From NCBI GenBank assembly GCA_026936335.1, contig JAPMXV010000043.1, forward strand, positions 496,001-560,000: DNA of 64,000 nucleotides. The letters are read 5' to 3'. The stretch is from Mantamonas sphyraenae STR306. Its lineage: Eukaryota > Protista > CRuMs. Under the pieces are notes generated by a model. That model saw only the letters and a list, made by a program, of their open reading frames with translations. It was not told the DNA's origin and ran no database searches. Positions 36,546 to 46,910 of this stretch are shown here, one piece after another (positions within the stretch are counted from its first letter, which is position 1; each line of letters starts with the position of its first letter). The translations under genes were made by a program, and so were the position numbers.

Positions 36546-39500
36546 TCACTCCTCACATTCACTGCACACGTAGTTCAACTCTTCGGCAAAGTATTCGCGC
36601 TGTTCCTCGCTTAGACCCTCGCACTCGCTGTGCATCCATTGGCGACACTTGCGGCAACGGAGCATGCTTTCGTCCTTCTCCCATTTGCCATAGACTTCGT
36701 TGCAGAACTTGCATCGTCTGCCGTTCTCCTCAGCCTGCTTGTAGCACTCGCCGCACATTTGGTAGTCCATGTGCCAGCGGACCAGGCCCTCGGTCTCGCG
36801 TGTTTCACCTCGGCCACACTCTCGGCAGCGGCGGCACTCGAGGCACAGCCACTTGCCGCTGGGCACCTTGGTCATCTTGGGGCGGCAGCAGTACGAGTGG
36901 TATCCGTTGTCGCAGACGTCACACATGAGGAAGAGGTCGTCGGCCTCGCTGGTGCCGCACTTTTCGCACTGTTTGCAGTTGAAGCAGCGCCAGGTAGCCA
37001 AGCTGTGCGTTCGAACACGCCTGGCTGTCGACTCGGCCATCTCCAAGCACGACGGGTGGAATGCCTCCTTGCAGTGGCTGCATTGCAGGGGCATGTTTAC
37101 GGCACGGCCCGTTTCTGCACCGGTCAGACCACACTGTGTGCACGCGAGTTCCAATGCCTCCTGGATGCCCGGCAGCTCCGCTCTGTCACGTGCCTCACGT
37201 TCCTCCTCCTCGGCGCTGGGCGCGGTCGGCTGCTTGGATTTCTTGGATTTCTTGCTGGAGGTGGAGGACGTGGATGTAGCCTGCTCTTGGTCCATGCCAC
37301 CGGCCTTTGCCTCGTTGTCCACGTCGTCGGCGTCTTCGTCCACCCTCTGGCGCTTGGCGGCGCGGCGTGCCATGCGTTCGGTTCTGCTTTCCCGCTGCTT
37401 GGGCACGTAGGTGTCGCCAAAGGCGTCTTCGTCGTCGTCATCGTGTGTGTGCCTGTCGTCGTCGTCGTCGTCGTCGTCTTCGTCGTCGTCATCGCCGTCA
37501 CCTGCCCAGTCGTCGTCATCGTCGCCTTCGTAGTAGCTGCGCTTGCGCTTGCGTACGGCAGCACGTGAACTACGGCGTTGTGAGTGGATGGCCATACTGA
37601 CGGCTTGGCTGTACCCGAGGGAAGAAGCGGTGGAGTCTGCTGCAGATGCATCCTTGGCATCGTTAAGGGCAGGATCGGAGGCAGACTGGGAGGAGGAGGA
37701 GGAGGAGGAGGAGGCGGCAGAGGCGTCCATGCCGGATTGGTTGGGCAGGGGTTCACCGCGCAGCTGCGCAAGGACGCGTGCGTTGGACTGACGTTGTGCA
37801 AGTCGCTCAGCGAGCCCCTGAGAGTCGAGATGGTGCAGCTTGGCAATGTCGTGCTGATTTGGCAGCGGATGGGAGGGAGGGATGCCAGGATAGCGCTGGT
37901 GTGGGGCCATGCCCCTGCATTCCAAGCAGAGTTGCTTGAGGTGAGCATCGTTACGTGAGCGGTACGGGTATCCACAGCAGCGCAGATGGTAGTTGCGGTT
38001 GCACATGATGCAGTGGACCAAGGGATTGGTTTGCTTGTTGTCGTCGCCAGTGCAGTACCAGCAGATGGAGAGGGCGGCAACACAGCGCGGACAGTAGGCA
38101 CCGAGGGGAGGCAGCTCAAGCGGCTGTTCGCTGCACACAAGGTGGAATGGGTCTTCGCATAGGTTGCAGCGCACCATATCCTGCACCTCGTCCATGTCAC
38201 ACACCACGCAGGTGTCACCGAGCGCAGCGGCACGCACCTTGCGGTCGTAGCCGTCTGGGGCTGGGATGCAGTTGTTGAGAATGGTCAGCTCGACGGCAGC
38301 GGATTTGCCCGAGCGTGCGTCACTCAGGTGGCGGGTGGAGAACTGCAGGTTGGTGACCTCGCCCTCCCACACCTTGAGGCCATGTCCAGGCGGCAGCTGC
38401 TCAAACTGCCAGTCGCGTTGGGAGATGAGAGCCGTCTGCAGTTCTTGTTGTCGCTCATCCGCCAGCCGCTGTTCCTCTGCCGTGGCACCGGGCAAGCGGT
38501 ACAGTGTGGGGAACGGGTTGGGCGCGGGCAAACTGTCCAGTTTGCTCTGGCGGAAGGAGTAGGGCGGGGTGCCGAGGTCAAAGGCGGCGGTGGCCATCAT
38601 GAGGCCGCCGTGGTCGTTTTCAACGACCGGTGTGCCACGTTGTGCACTGGCGTTGGTTACGGCGTCGTGCAGGTACTCCAGACTGTGCTGCACGTGGTCA
38701 TAGCCAAAGCGCAAGCGTGCAGCTGCGGTGGCGTACATCTCGGGCGGCTTTGGGTACTCGAGGACAACGAGGCCGTGGCGTCGGTAGTCGTGTGTGCTGA
38801 GCACATGGTACGCTTCTGTGTTGTGGTCGAAGCGCTTGACACCCAGCTCTGCGGTCTGTTCGTTGAGAGTGGCGTTGAAGCGCACGACGTTGTTGAGGGC
38901 CCTGCGAATGGAGCGAAACTCGGCGTCGCTGTACTCGCGGGTCCATGCACCTCCCTTGATGTGGTGTGGGATTTTGCCTGCAGAAGCGGCCATAATGCGC
39001 TCGTGCTCTTCTTGGGCCTTTTGCTGGTTGACAAGGGCGATCTGGCGCCTGCGCTCCTCTAGGGTCTCATGGGTCACGAGAGAGTCGCTGCGGTCCACAC
39101 GCTCACTGGGAGGGATGGCGGTGCACTTTGGACACAGGGAACGGCGGTTGGGGCACTTTTCAAGGCCTGCGCAGCGCCAGTGATACTTGCAGCCGCACTC
39201 CATGCACGAGAAGAGGCTGCTGCCTCGCTTTTTGCCGCAGTAGGTGCATCGTTTGCGTTCGTCTTGGCAGTCGGGGCACCATACGCCACCAAGGCCATGG
39301 AAGGTGGAGTAGGCGCAACTGTTGTGGATGTAGTCGCGGCACCACCTGCACCGGATGACCTTTTCAATCAGAAAGTCCTGCTTGTTGCACAGCTTGCACC
39401 TGGGCTTCTCCGAGCCGTCGGGGTTGTACTGGATGCCCGGGATCTCGCGTTTGGTAATGTCTGTGCCATCGTCCTCGTCGTCGGTGTCGGTTTCGTATTC

Positions 39501-40571
39501 CTCCTCGTCGAGTTCCTCCTCGAGCATTGTCGTCGCGTCGGCATCTGCGTCAGCGGCTACGTCTGCGTCAGCATCAGCGTCTTCATCGTCGTCTTCATCG
39601 TCGTCGTCGTCATCGTCGTCATCGTCGTCGTCTTCGTCGTCGTTGTCGTCTTCTTCCATCAAGTCTGCCTCTTCTTCTGCGGCAGCCGCAGCAGCCTCTT
39701 CGTCAAAGTCACCGTCCTTGTCGTCGTCGTCCGAACCTTGCACGTCGGACAGGTCGATTTTTTGGGCGCTCTCGCGCTTGGGACGTGCGGAAGAAGAGTC
39801 GGTGGCGTCGTCGCGCATTGCTTCGTCCAGACCTGCAAGGTCATCGTCGTTGGCGTTCCCCTGCTCATCGTCGTCATCGTCGTCGTCGTAATCTTCATCG
39901 AGGGCGACAAAGACGTCGTCGAGAGGGACAATGATGTCTTCCTCGGCCTCGAGGTCAAAGGCGGGCGAGTTTCCGTTGTCAGGGCGGCTGTCGTCATCGT
40001 CGTCGTTGTCATCGTCGTCAGAATAGTCGTCCATGTAGCCACCGGCGACGATGGAGGCGAGGGCGTCGTCGTCGTCGAGGAGATCCTTGGCCTGTGTTGC
40101 GGAGGCGGGCCGAGAGGGCTTCTGCTGGGTTTTGTGATCATTGTCGGGAGGATTGTCGTCGGCGGGTGCATCGGCAATTGCTTTGTCGCCGGTTGGGGCT
40201 GGTGTGTTGCGTGACAGGGTGGGTAAAGGTGAGGAGGACGTAGACTTTGTCTTTGTGGTTGTGGAGGATGCGGCGGAAGGGCGGCGGCGCGGGTTGGTGG
40301 CGCGCTTTGCTTTGTTGGCGCTGCGTGCGGCGCGCTTGGAGGAAGAGGAAGCGGTGGCGGGGGAAAACGCATCGTCGCTGTCGTCGCCTGCACTGTAATC
40401 TCCGGGATCGGAGTCGTGGTAGTCGTCGTCTTCGTCGTCGCTGGGGTCGCGCGTGTCGTCGGCGACGGGTTTGCGCACGCGAGTGCTTCTGCGCTTGCCA
40501 CCAAGGGAGTAGGCAGTGCCGATGTCACCCACAGCATGGAGCGAATCGAGCACGTCCTGGTCGAGGTCCAT
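36546..40571 (-). CDS. Multi-PHD-finger chromatin protein (PHF10/DPF- and KMT2C/D-like PHD cluster) with acidic N-terminus
   Basis: About 7 C4HC3 fingers; double PHD FHPSCL...WRCFNCKQCEKC...LMCDVCDNGYHSYC..P.GKWLC; long poly-Asp tracts. Confidence 0.8.
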   Translation of the reverse strand: MDLDQDVLDSLHAVGDIGTAYSLGGKRRSTRVRKPVADDTRDPSDDEDDDYHDSDPGDYSAGDDSDDAFSPATASSSSKRAARSANKAKRATNPRRRPSAASSTTTKTKSTSSSPLPTLSRNTPAPTGDKAIADAPADDNPPDNDHKTQQKPSRPASATQAKDLLDDDDALASIVAGGYMDDYSDDDDNDDDDDSRPDNGNSPAFDLEAEEDIIVPLDDVFVALDEDYDDDDDDDEQGNANDDDLAGLDEAMRDDATDSSSARPKRESAQKIDLSDVQGSDDDDKDGDFDEEAAAAAAEEEADLMEEDDNDDEDDDDDDDDDDDDEDDDEDADADADVAADADADATTMLEEELDEEEYETDTDDEDDGTDITKREIPGIQYNPDGSEKPRCKLCNKQDFLIEKVIRCRWCRDYIHNSCAYSTFHGLGGVWCPDCQDERKRCTYCGKKRGSSLFSCMECGCKYHWRCAGLEKCPNRRSLCPKCTAIPPSERVDRSDSLVTHETLEERRRQIALVNQQKAQEEHERIMAASAGKIPHHIKGGAWTREYSDAEFRSIRRALNNVVRFNATLNEQTAELGVKRFDHNTEAYHVLSTHDYRRHGLVVLEYPKPPEMYATAAARLRFGYDHVQHSLEYLHDAVTNASAQRGTPVVENDHGGLMMATAAFDLGTPPYSFRQSKLDSLPAPNPFPTLYRLPGATAEEQRLADERQQELQTALISQRDWQFEQLPPGHGLKVWEGEVTNLQFSTRHLSDARSGKSAAVELTILNNCIPAPDGYDRKVRAAALGDTCVVCDMDEVQDMVRCNLCEDPFHLVCSEQPLELPPLGAYCPRCVAALSICWYCTGDDNKQTNPLVHCIMCNRNYHLRCCGYPYRSRNDAHLKQLCLECRGMAPHQRYPGIPPSHPLPNQHDIAKLHHLDSQGLAERLAQRQSNARVLAQLRGEPLPNQSGMDASAASSSSSSSSQSASDPALNDAKDASAADSTASSLGYSQAVSMAIHSQRRSSRAAVRKRKRSYYEGDDDDDWAGDGDDDDEDDDDDDDDRHTHDDDDEDAFGDTYVPKQRESRTERMARRAAKRQRVDEDADDVDNEAKAGGMDQEQATSTSSTSSKKSKKSKQPTAPSAEEEEREARDRAELPGIQEALELACTQCGLTGAETGRAVNMPLQCSHCKEAFHPSCLEMAESTARRVRTHSLATWRCFNCKQCEKCGTSEADDLFLMCDVCDNGYHSYCCRPKMTKVPSGKWLCLECRRCRECGRGETRETEGLVRWHMDYQMCGECYKQAEENGRRCKFCNEVYGKWEKDESMLRCRKCRQWMHSECEGLSEEQREYFAEELNYVCSECEE

Positions 40572-40660
40572 GTGGGGCTGTGGCGTGGGGATGGTGGGTA
40601 GTGGGGGGGGGGAATTGTTGGCAGGCGACGCGCAGACGTCGCCAAAACTCGAGTAGCAGC

Positions 40661-42319
40661 ATGTCGCGACGTGGAAAGGTCAAGAAGGAGGATAAGGTGC
40701 GTGGATGGAGGGTGGTGGTGTGGAAGACGGGTGGTGCTGGGGAGGGATGAGGACGTGGCTGTCATGGGACGACGCGACGCGGGGGGTGGGAATGATGGGG
40801 GGAGGCGGAGGGCAAGGGGTGCGCAATTGGACAAACGGCCCTGGCATGGAGAGGAAGAGAAGGGGAAACAGAGGGAGGGGTGCTGCATATGGACATGGGG
40901 TAGATAGTGTGGTTGGAGATGGGGTTGGAGGGTGTGTGTGGGTCATTGGCACGGGCGCGAGAGAGAAGGCAGCAGGCAGGCGGTTGTGAACGTTGGCGCG
41001 CAGGTCGAGTTTGGAGACGGGCTGCTGACGCAGGATGGGGTGCACAGGAGTTTCAAATCACGGTGAACGACCAAGCGACTTGGGAGAACATGCTGACGGG
41101 GGCAGGTGTGCTGGGTAGGTTGCGAAGACAAAGAAACAGGGCGGGAGGAGCACGAGTTGGATCTGACACAGTGGAAAACGGGCGTGGGGACGCGGTGCGC
41201 AGTGGTGGATGTGTTTTCGTGGGCAGGGCCTTGCCAAGCAGCGAAGCCGACTCTACGACGCATCTACCACAACTTTGATGGGAATGGGATCCAGTTTGTG
41301 AACCTGAATGCGGACAAGGTGGAGGATTTCAAGGAGCATCGTGGGCGGTCGATGCCCAAGTTTGTGCTGTACGAGAACGGAATCCAAAAGGCAATGATCG
41401 AAGGGGTGGACGTGGCACAGCTCCAGGCACACATCTTTGAGCTGATGGGATGGGATCCAGAGGCGGAGCGGGAAAAGGCGGAGAAGGAAGCGGCGGAGAA
41501 GGAGGCGGCTGAGCAGGAGGCGGCGGAGAAGGAAGCGGCAGAGCATGAGGCAGCAGAAAAGGCTAAACGAGAGAAAGAGAAGGAGGAGGCGGCACGAGCG
41601 TTGGCTGAGGCCGGCGGCGTTGCACCGGAGCCCGTTGAGCCGATCACGACGGTGACGGGACCCAAGGCAGGCAAAACTCGACCGGGGTCTGCCGCGCGGA
41701 GTAGCGCAGGCGCATCGTCGTCTTCGTCTTCTTCGTCATCTTCTTCGGCTTCGTCGTCGTCGTCGTCGTCGTCTTCTTCGGGAGGTGGGGCTGCCGAGGG
41801 CAAGGATGAAAAGGTGGAGGACGGCAAGAAAGAGGGTGGGAAGAAGGAGAACGAGCAGGTATCCGCCGCGAGCAGCAGCAGTAGCAGCAGCAGCGAGGTT
41901 GACCGTGAAGAGGAGAGCGACAAGGAAGACATCAAGGGCAAGGATGTTGACGACGGCAAGAAGGAAGAGGATAGCAAGGATGAGGAAGATGGCAAGACGG
42001 AGGAAGATGGTAAGGATGAGGATGATGATGGTAAGAAGGAGGAGGATGGTAAGGATGAGGATGATGATGGCAAGAAGGAAGAGGATGGCAAGGATGAGGA
42101 AGATGATGGCAAGAAGGAAGATGATAGCAAGGATGAGAAGGAGGAGGGCAAGAAGGAAGAGGAGGGCAAGAAGGAAGAGGATGGCAAGAAGGAGGAGGAT
42201 GGCAAGAAGGAGGAGGATGACAAGAAGGAAGATGATGGCCAGAAGGAGGAGGATGTCAAGAAGGAAGATGATGGCCAGAAGGAGGAGGATGACAAGAAGG
42301 AAGGTCAAAAGCCGGCCGC

Positions 42320-42368
<49 letters not shown>

Positions 42369-42377
42369 GGAAAGTGA
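40661..42377 (+). CDS. NME8/NME9-like (dynein-associated) thioredoxin-domain protein with long charged repeat tail; two introns
   Basis: Spliced MSRRGKVKKEDK|EFQITVNDQATWENML..VL|VVDVFSWAGPCQA, P.FVLY.NG; tail of EKEAA and KKEEDG repeats. Confidence 0.7.
41940..42365 (+). repeat. Coding minisatellite (KKEEDG-type, ~18-39-bp units) followed by (AGC)n
   Basis: Repeated ggcaagaaggaagaggat units; agc tract at 42321-42365. Confidence 0.85.
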
Positions 42378-42415
42378 CACCTCGAACAAAACAAGCCAGT
42401 TTCAGCATGGAGGAA

Positions 42416-43491
42416 CTACACCATGCATTTCTTCTTGCCGTTTGTGCGCTTCTTTGAGACTTGAAGCTCAACGACGTGGTCTTGCTCGGAGGCACTGCCT
42501 GTTCCGGCGCCAGATGAGGAGGATGAGCTGGCGCTGGTTGAGCTGCTGTTGGACTTGCCTGCACCGTCGCTCGATTTCACCTGTGAAGGCCACTTGCCTG
42601 TGCGCGAGCACTCGGCGAGGTAGAGAAAGACCTCGTTTACGTTCAAGTTGTCCTTGACAGAGGTGCGGTAGAATTTGATGCCCAGGTCCTTAGCGAGATT
42701 GTTCGCCTCCTATGCGATGGGTGAGTGATAAGTGTGGGTAGGGTGTTAGTGGACACGTGCGTCCTGCGGGCGTGCGAGAAAGCAGACGGCAAAGAGGCCA
42801 AACCCACGCGTCTCGCGGAGCACCTGCGAGCGTACGTGGCACTCTCAGGACATCATCACGCGTGCGCACGGCTTTGGTAGGCACACGAAAGGTGCACGTT
42901 CCCTTTGGCAAGAGTATGGCAGCATATGTGCGTGCACGAGCGGGCCGCAAAGGGACACGAGGGCCAGAAGCGCGGCAAGCCAATTCCGTCGAACGAATCG
43001 CACACACACGCACGCATACACGCACGCACACACAATCACACACACATCCACACACACACAAGCAGGCTTACCTCGGGGGTCATCTTTGCTTCGTCGAGCA
43101 GATCCACCTTGTTCTGCACAAGGACCATGGGGATGTCGCCGGTTTCGCTGAGCACTTTGTCGCGCCAAGCACGGACGGCGTCGAAGGAGTCGCGATCTGT
43201 GGTGGAAAACGCCACAATGGCCGCCTTTGCGCCACGGTAGTAGTTCTTGGTAAGCGAATCAAACTCCTCCTGGCCGGCTGTGTCCCACAGCATGAGGCGC
43301 ACGTCTTCGCCCAGCGCCTCGAGGTACATGTCCTTCTCCAGAAAGTCAGTGCCAATGGTCTGCTTGTACTGACCCGAAAACGTGCCTCGGCAGAAGCGAG
43401 TGATCATGCTCGACTTGCCGATCTGGCCGTTGCCGACGACGACGACTTTGATGGACACCTCAAAGTCCTCTTCGATCATTGCATCCGTCAT
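42416..43491 (-). CDS. RAB23: Rab23-like small GTPase, one intron
   Basis: MIEEDFEVSIKVVVVGNGQIGKSSMITRFCRGTF, LWDTAGQEEFD..TKNYYRGA, VQNKVDL. Confidence 0.88.
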
Positions 43492-44088
43492 GGTTGTGAC
43501 AGCAAAGAGAAACAGGGGATAGACTGGGTGGTTGGGCGTGTGGAATGCCAATGGGGCCTCCCAGCTACGATGACGAGGCGATTCGGAAACGGTCTGGTGG
43601 CGCAGGCGCAGTCGCAAGTCTGACCAGGTGGATGACACCAGGCTGCATGTGCTCGCCTGCTCACACATGCATCGCCTTGCGCTCAGGGCAAGGCAACGTT
43701 GTTGAGTGTGTGCTCCGTTGGCGCGTCGCGGGCCAACCCAAACACTTTTCAGGTGCGTGAAGCAAGTGTGTGTGCATGTGCCGATACAAGTGCACGCGTG
43801 TGTGCATGTGCATGTCGTATGTATGAGCGTGACAGCTGCATGCCCAGGGTGGCCCTGTGTGTCTGTACGGTGTCAGGCAAGCGCGCTTTTTTTTCGGGTG
43901 ATCAGCCCGCTGATCAGCTCGTAGCCTCGTGCTTGTCCTGCCTTTCCACGGCATCCCTGCGCATGTACATGCCTTCCAAACGTAAACCATAGCACTAGCC
44001 TGGCTGGGGCCATGGTATTTGGCGTCGCGTGGATGGTGCATTCGGCTATGCAGCCGGAAAAGGAACGCGGGGGGTTCCCACAGCGAGT

Positions 44089-44279
44089 TTTCGCGCCAAA
44101 AATGTTGCTTCGGCCGCCCCGTGTGGCCAAGAGTGTGCCGTGGACAGTGCATGTGCCATGGGTCGTGCGCATGTATGTGCGACCAAACGAGAGCGCCATA
44201 CACCCACGTACCCTGTGTGTGTGGATGTGTGGCAGCGCACGTCAGGGCGGGCTTTTGGCGCCTTTTTTTTTGGCGGGAA
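44089..44279. promoter_or_regulatory. Cluster of E2F-type sites upstream of RRM1
   Basis: TTTCGCGCCAAA (44089-44100), TTTGGCGC (44254-44261), TTTGGCGGGAA (44269-44279). Confidence 0.65.
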
Positions 44280-44338
44280 GCCCCTTTCGGACGGAGAGAA
44301 CGGCAAGGGCCTGACAACGGATGTGGTCACAGCGAAAG

Positions 44339-46834
44339 ATGAGTGGCAAGGGGCACATGTATGTGATCAAGCGCGACGGGCGCCAGGAGAAGATCTTCTT
44401 TGACAAGATCAGCAAGCGCATCGAGCAGCTGTGCGACGGCCTGCACGAGACGGTGGACCACTACGAGATTGCACAAAAGGTGATCTCGGGCTTGTACAGT
44501 GGCATCACGACGTCGGAACTGGACGAGCTTGCGGCTGAGACGTGTGCAGCGCTGACGACTGTGCATCCGGACTACAGCACGCTTGCGGCGCGCATTGTGG
44601 TGTCGAACCTGCACAAGAGCACCAAGGACGCGCTGGTGGAGGTTGCGACAGACCTGCACGAGTACGTGCACCCCGTAACGGGTAAGGTGGCGCCGTTGAT
44701 GAGCGATGAGACATACGAAGCGATTGTAGAGAACGCGGAGGCACTGGAGGAGGCAATCGACTACTCGCGCGACTACAACTACGACTACTTTGGTTTCAAG
44801 ACGCTGGAGAGGTCCAAGTACCTGTTGCGCATCGACAACAAGGTCGTGGAGCGTCCGCAACACCTGATCATGCGTGTGGCGGTGGGCATCTGGGGCACGA
44901 ACCTGGAGCGTGTGATTGAGACGTACGATCTGATGTCCCAGGGTCTGTTTACGCACGCCACGCCGACGCTGTTCAACGCAGGCACGCCGAGGCCGCAGAT
45001 GTCGTCGTGCTTCCTGATCCAGATGAAGGACGACTCCATTGAAGGCATCTACGACACGCTCAAGACGTGCGCCCTGATCAGCAAGAGCGCAGGCGGCATT
45101 GGCCTGAGCATGCACAAGATCCGCGCGTCGGGCTCGTACATTGCGGGCACAAACGGACACAGCAACGGCCTGGTGCCCATGCTGCGTGTGTACAACGCGA
45201 CTGCACGCTACGTGGACCAGGGTGGAGGAAAGCGCAAGGGCTCGTTTGCGATCTACCTGGAGCCGTGGCACGCGGACATTTACGAGTTTTTGGAGCTGAA
45301 GAAGAACACGGGCAGCGAGGAGGCACGTGCGCGCGACCTGTTTTACGCGCTTTGGATTCCGGACTTGTTTATGGAGCGTGTGAAGGCCAAGAGCACGTGG
45401 AGCCTGTTTTGCCCGCACGAGGCACCGGGTCTGCACGAGGTGTACGGCGAGGAGTTTGAGGAGCTGTACATGAAGTACGAGGCGGAGGAGGGCCTTGCAC
45501 GACGCACGGTGGATGCGCGTGAGCTGTGGTACGCGATTCTGCAGTCGCAGATCGAGACGGGCACGCCGTACATGCTGTACAAGGACGCGTGCAACCGCAA
45601 GAGCAACCACAAGCATCTGGGCACGATCCAGTCGTCGAACCTGTGCACAGAGATCATCGAGTACACGGCGCCGGACGAAGTGGCTGTGTGCAACCTGGCG
45701 TCGCTGGCGCTGCCCAAGTTTGTCAACGTCGAAACGAAGGAGTTTGACCACGCACGCCTGCTGGAGGTGACCAAGGTGGTGACGCGCAACCTCAACCAGG
45801 TGATCGACGTCAACTACTACCCGGTGCCCGAGGCGCGCAAGAGCAACATGCGCCACCGTCCGATTGGGCTGGGCGTGCAGGGCCTGGCAGACGTGTTTCT
45901 GCTGCTGCGCATGACGTGGGACAGCGAGGAGGCAGCCAAGCTGAACCGGGAGATCTTTGAGACGATGTACTACGGCGCTCTGGAGGCGTCGATGGAGGTG
46001 GCCATGGAGGAAGGCCCCTACGAGACGTTTGAGGGCTCGCCGCTGAGCGAGGGCATCCTGCAGTTTGACATGTGGGGCGTGACACCGGACAGCGGGCGGT
46101 ACGACTGGGAGGCTCTGCGCGCCAAGGTCATGGAGCATGGCACGCGCAACTCGCTCCTGCTTGCGCCGATGCCCACAGCATCGACGAGCCAGATCCTGGG
46201 CAACAACGAGTGCATTGAGCCGTACACAAGCAACATCTACACGCGCCGTGTGCTTGCAGGCGAGTTCCAGGTTGTGAACAAGCACCTGCTGCGCGAGCTG
46301 ATCGAGCTGGGCATCTGGGACCAGGACCTGAAGAACGAGCTGATTGCCAACCGCGGTTCCATCCAGAACATTTCGGCCATCCCGGATGACATCAAGCCGC
46401 TGTACAAGACGGTTTGGGAGATTTCGCAAAAGGTGCTGATCAACATGGCGGCAGACCGCGGCGCCTACGTGGACCAGAGCCAGAGCTTCAACGTGCACCT
46501 CACGGGCCTCAACTACGCCAAGATGTCCTCCATGCACATGTACGCGTGGGAGCGTGGCCTCAAGACGGGCATGTACTACCTTCGCTCGCGCGCCGCCGTC
46601 GACGCCATCCAGTTTACGGTGGACCAGGTGGCCCTCAAGGAGCGCAGGTCGCGTGATGAGAGCGTGCGTGATCTGGAGAGCGACGTGGCTGCAAAGCTTC
46701 AGAGCGCCTCGACGCCGCTCAAGGAGCCCGGAACCGCACGCAAACGTGTGGAGGAAAAGACGGTGCAGGAGAACCTGGACGACATGTACTGCTCCATTGA
46801 CAACCCGGACGCGTGCATGGCGTGCAGCGGGTGA
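44339..46834 (+). CDS. RRM1: Ribonucleoside-diphosphate reductase large subunit (class Ia), intronless
   Basis: ATP cone [36 protein letters not shown]-terminal CMACSG. Confidence 0.97.
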   Translation: MSGKGHMYVIKRDGRQEKIFFDKISKRIEQLCDGLHETVDHYEIAQKVISGLYSGITTSELDELAAETCAALTTVHPDYSTLAARIVVSNLHKSTKDALVEVATDLHEYVHPVTGKVAPLMSDETYEAIVENAEALEEAIDYSRDYNYDYFGFKTLERSKYLLRIDNKVVERPQHLIMRVAVGIWGTNLERVIETYDLMSQGLFTHATPTLFNAGTPRPQMSSCFLIQMKDDSIEGIYDTLKTCALISKSAGGIGLSMHKIRASGSYIAGTNGHSNGLVPMLRVYNATARYVDQGGGKRKGSFAIYLEPWHADIYEFLELKKNTGSEEARARDLFYALWIPDLFMERVKAKSTWSLFCPHEAPGLHEVYGEEFEELYMKYEAEEGLARRTVDARELWYAILQSQIETGTPYMLYKDACNRKSNHKHLGTIQSSNLCTEIIEYTAPDEVAVCNLASLALPKFVNVETKEFDHARLLEVTKVVTRNLNQVIDVNYYPVPEARKSNMRHRPIGLGVQGLADVFLLLRMTWDSEEAAKLNREIFETMYYGALEASMEVAMEEGPYETFEGSPLSEGILQFDMWGVTPDSGRYDWEALRAKVMEHGTRNSLLLAPMPTASTSQILGNNECIEPYTSNIYTRRVLAGEFQVVNKHLLRELIELGIWDQDLKNELIANRGSIQNISAIPDDIKPLYKTVWEISQKVLINMAADRGAYVDQSQSFNVHLTGLNYAKMSSMHMYAWERGLKTGMYYLRSRAAVDAIQFTVDQVALKERRSRDESVRDLESDVAAKLQSASTPLKEPGTARKRVEEKTVQENLDDMYCSIDNPDACMACSG

Positions 46835-46910
46835 TTTGTGGAGTGAGGTTTGAGAGAGACCTGTGCGACGGCGTCCTTGCGCTTCTGGAAGAACGAAAAA
46901 GAAAGCCTGC

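Noticed and set aside
41940-42300. Regularly spaced repeats as a possible CRISPR array
   Set aside because: Degenerate in-frame coding repeats with no unique spacers; eukaryotic context
43899-43916. TGATCAGC-CC-GCTGATCA palindrome in the Rab23/RRM1 intergenic region as an ncRNA
   Set aside because: A single short stem with no tRNA, snRNA or snoRNA features to support a call
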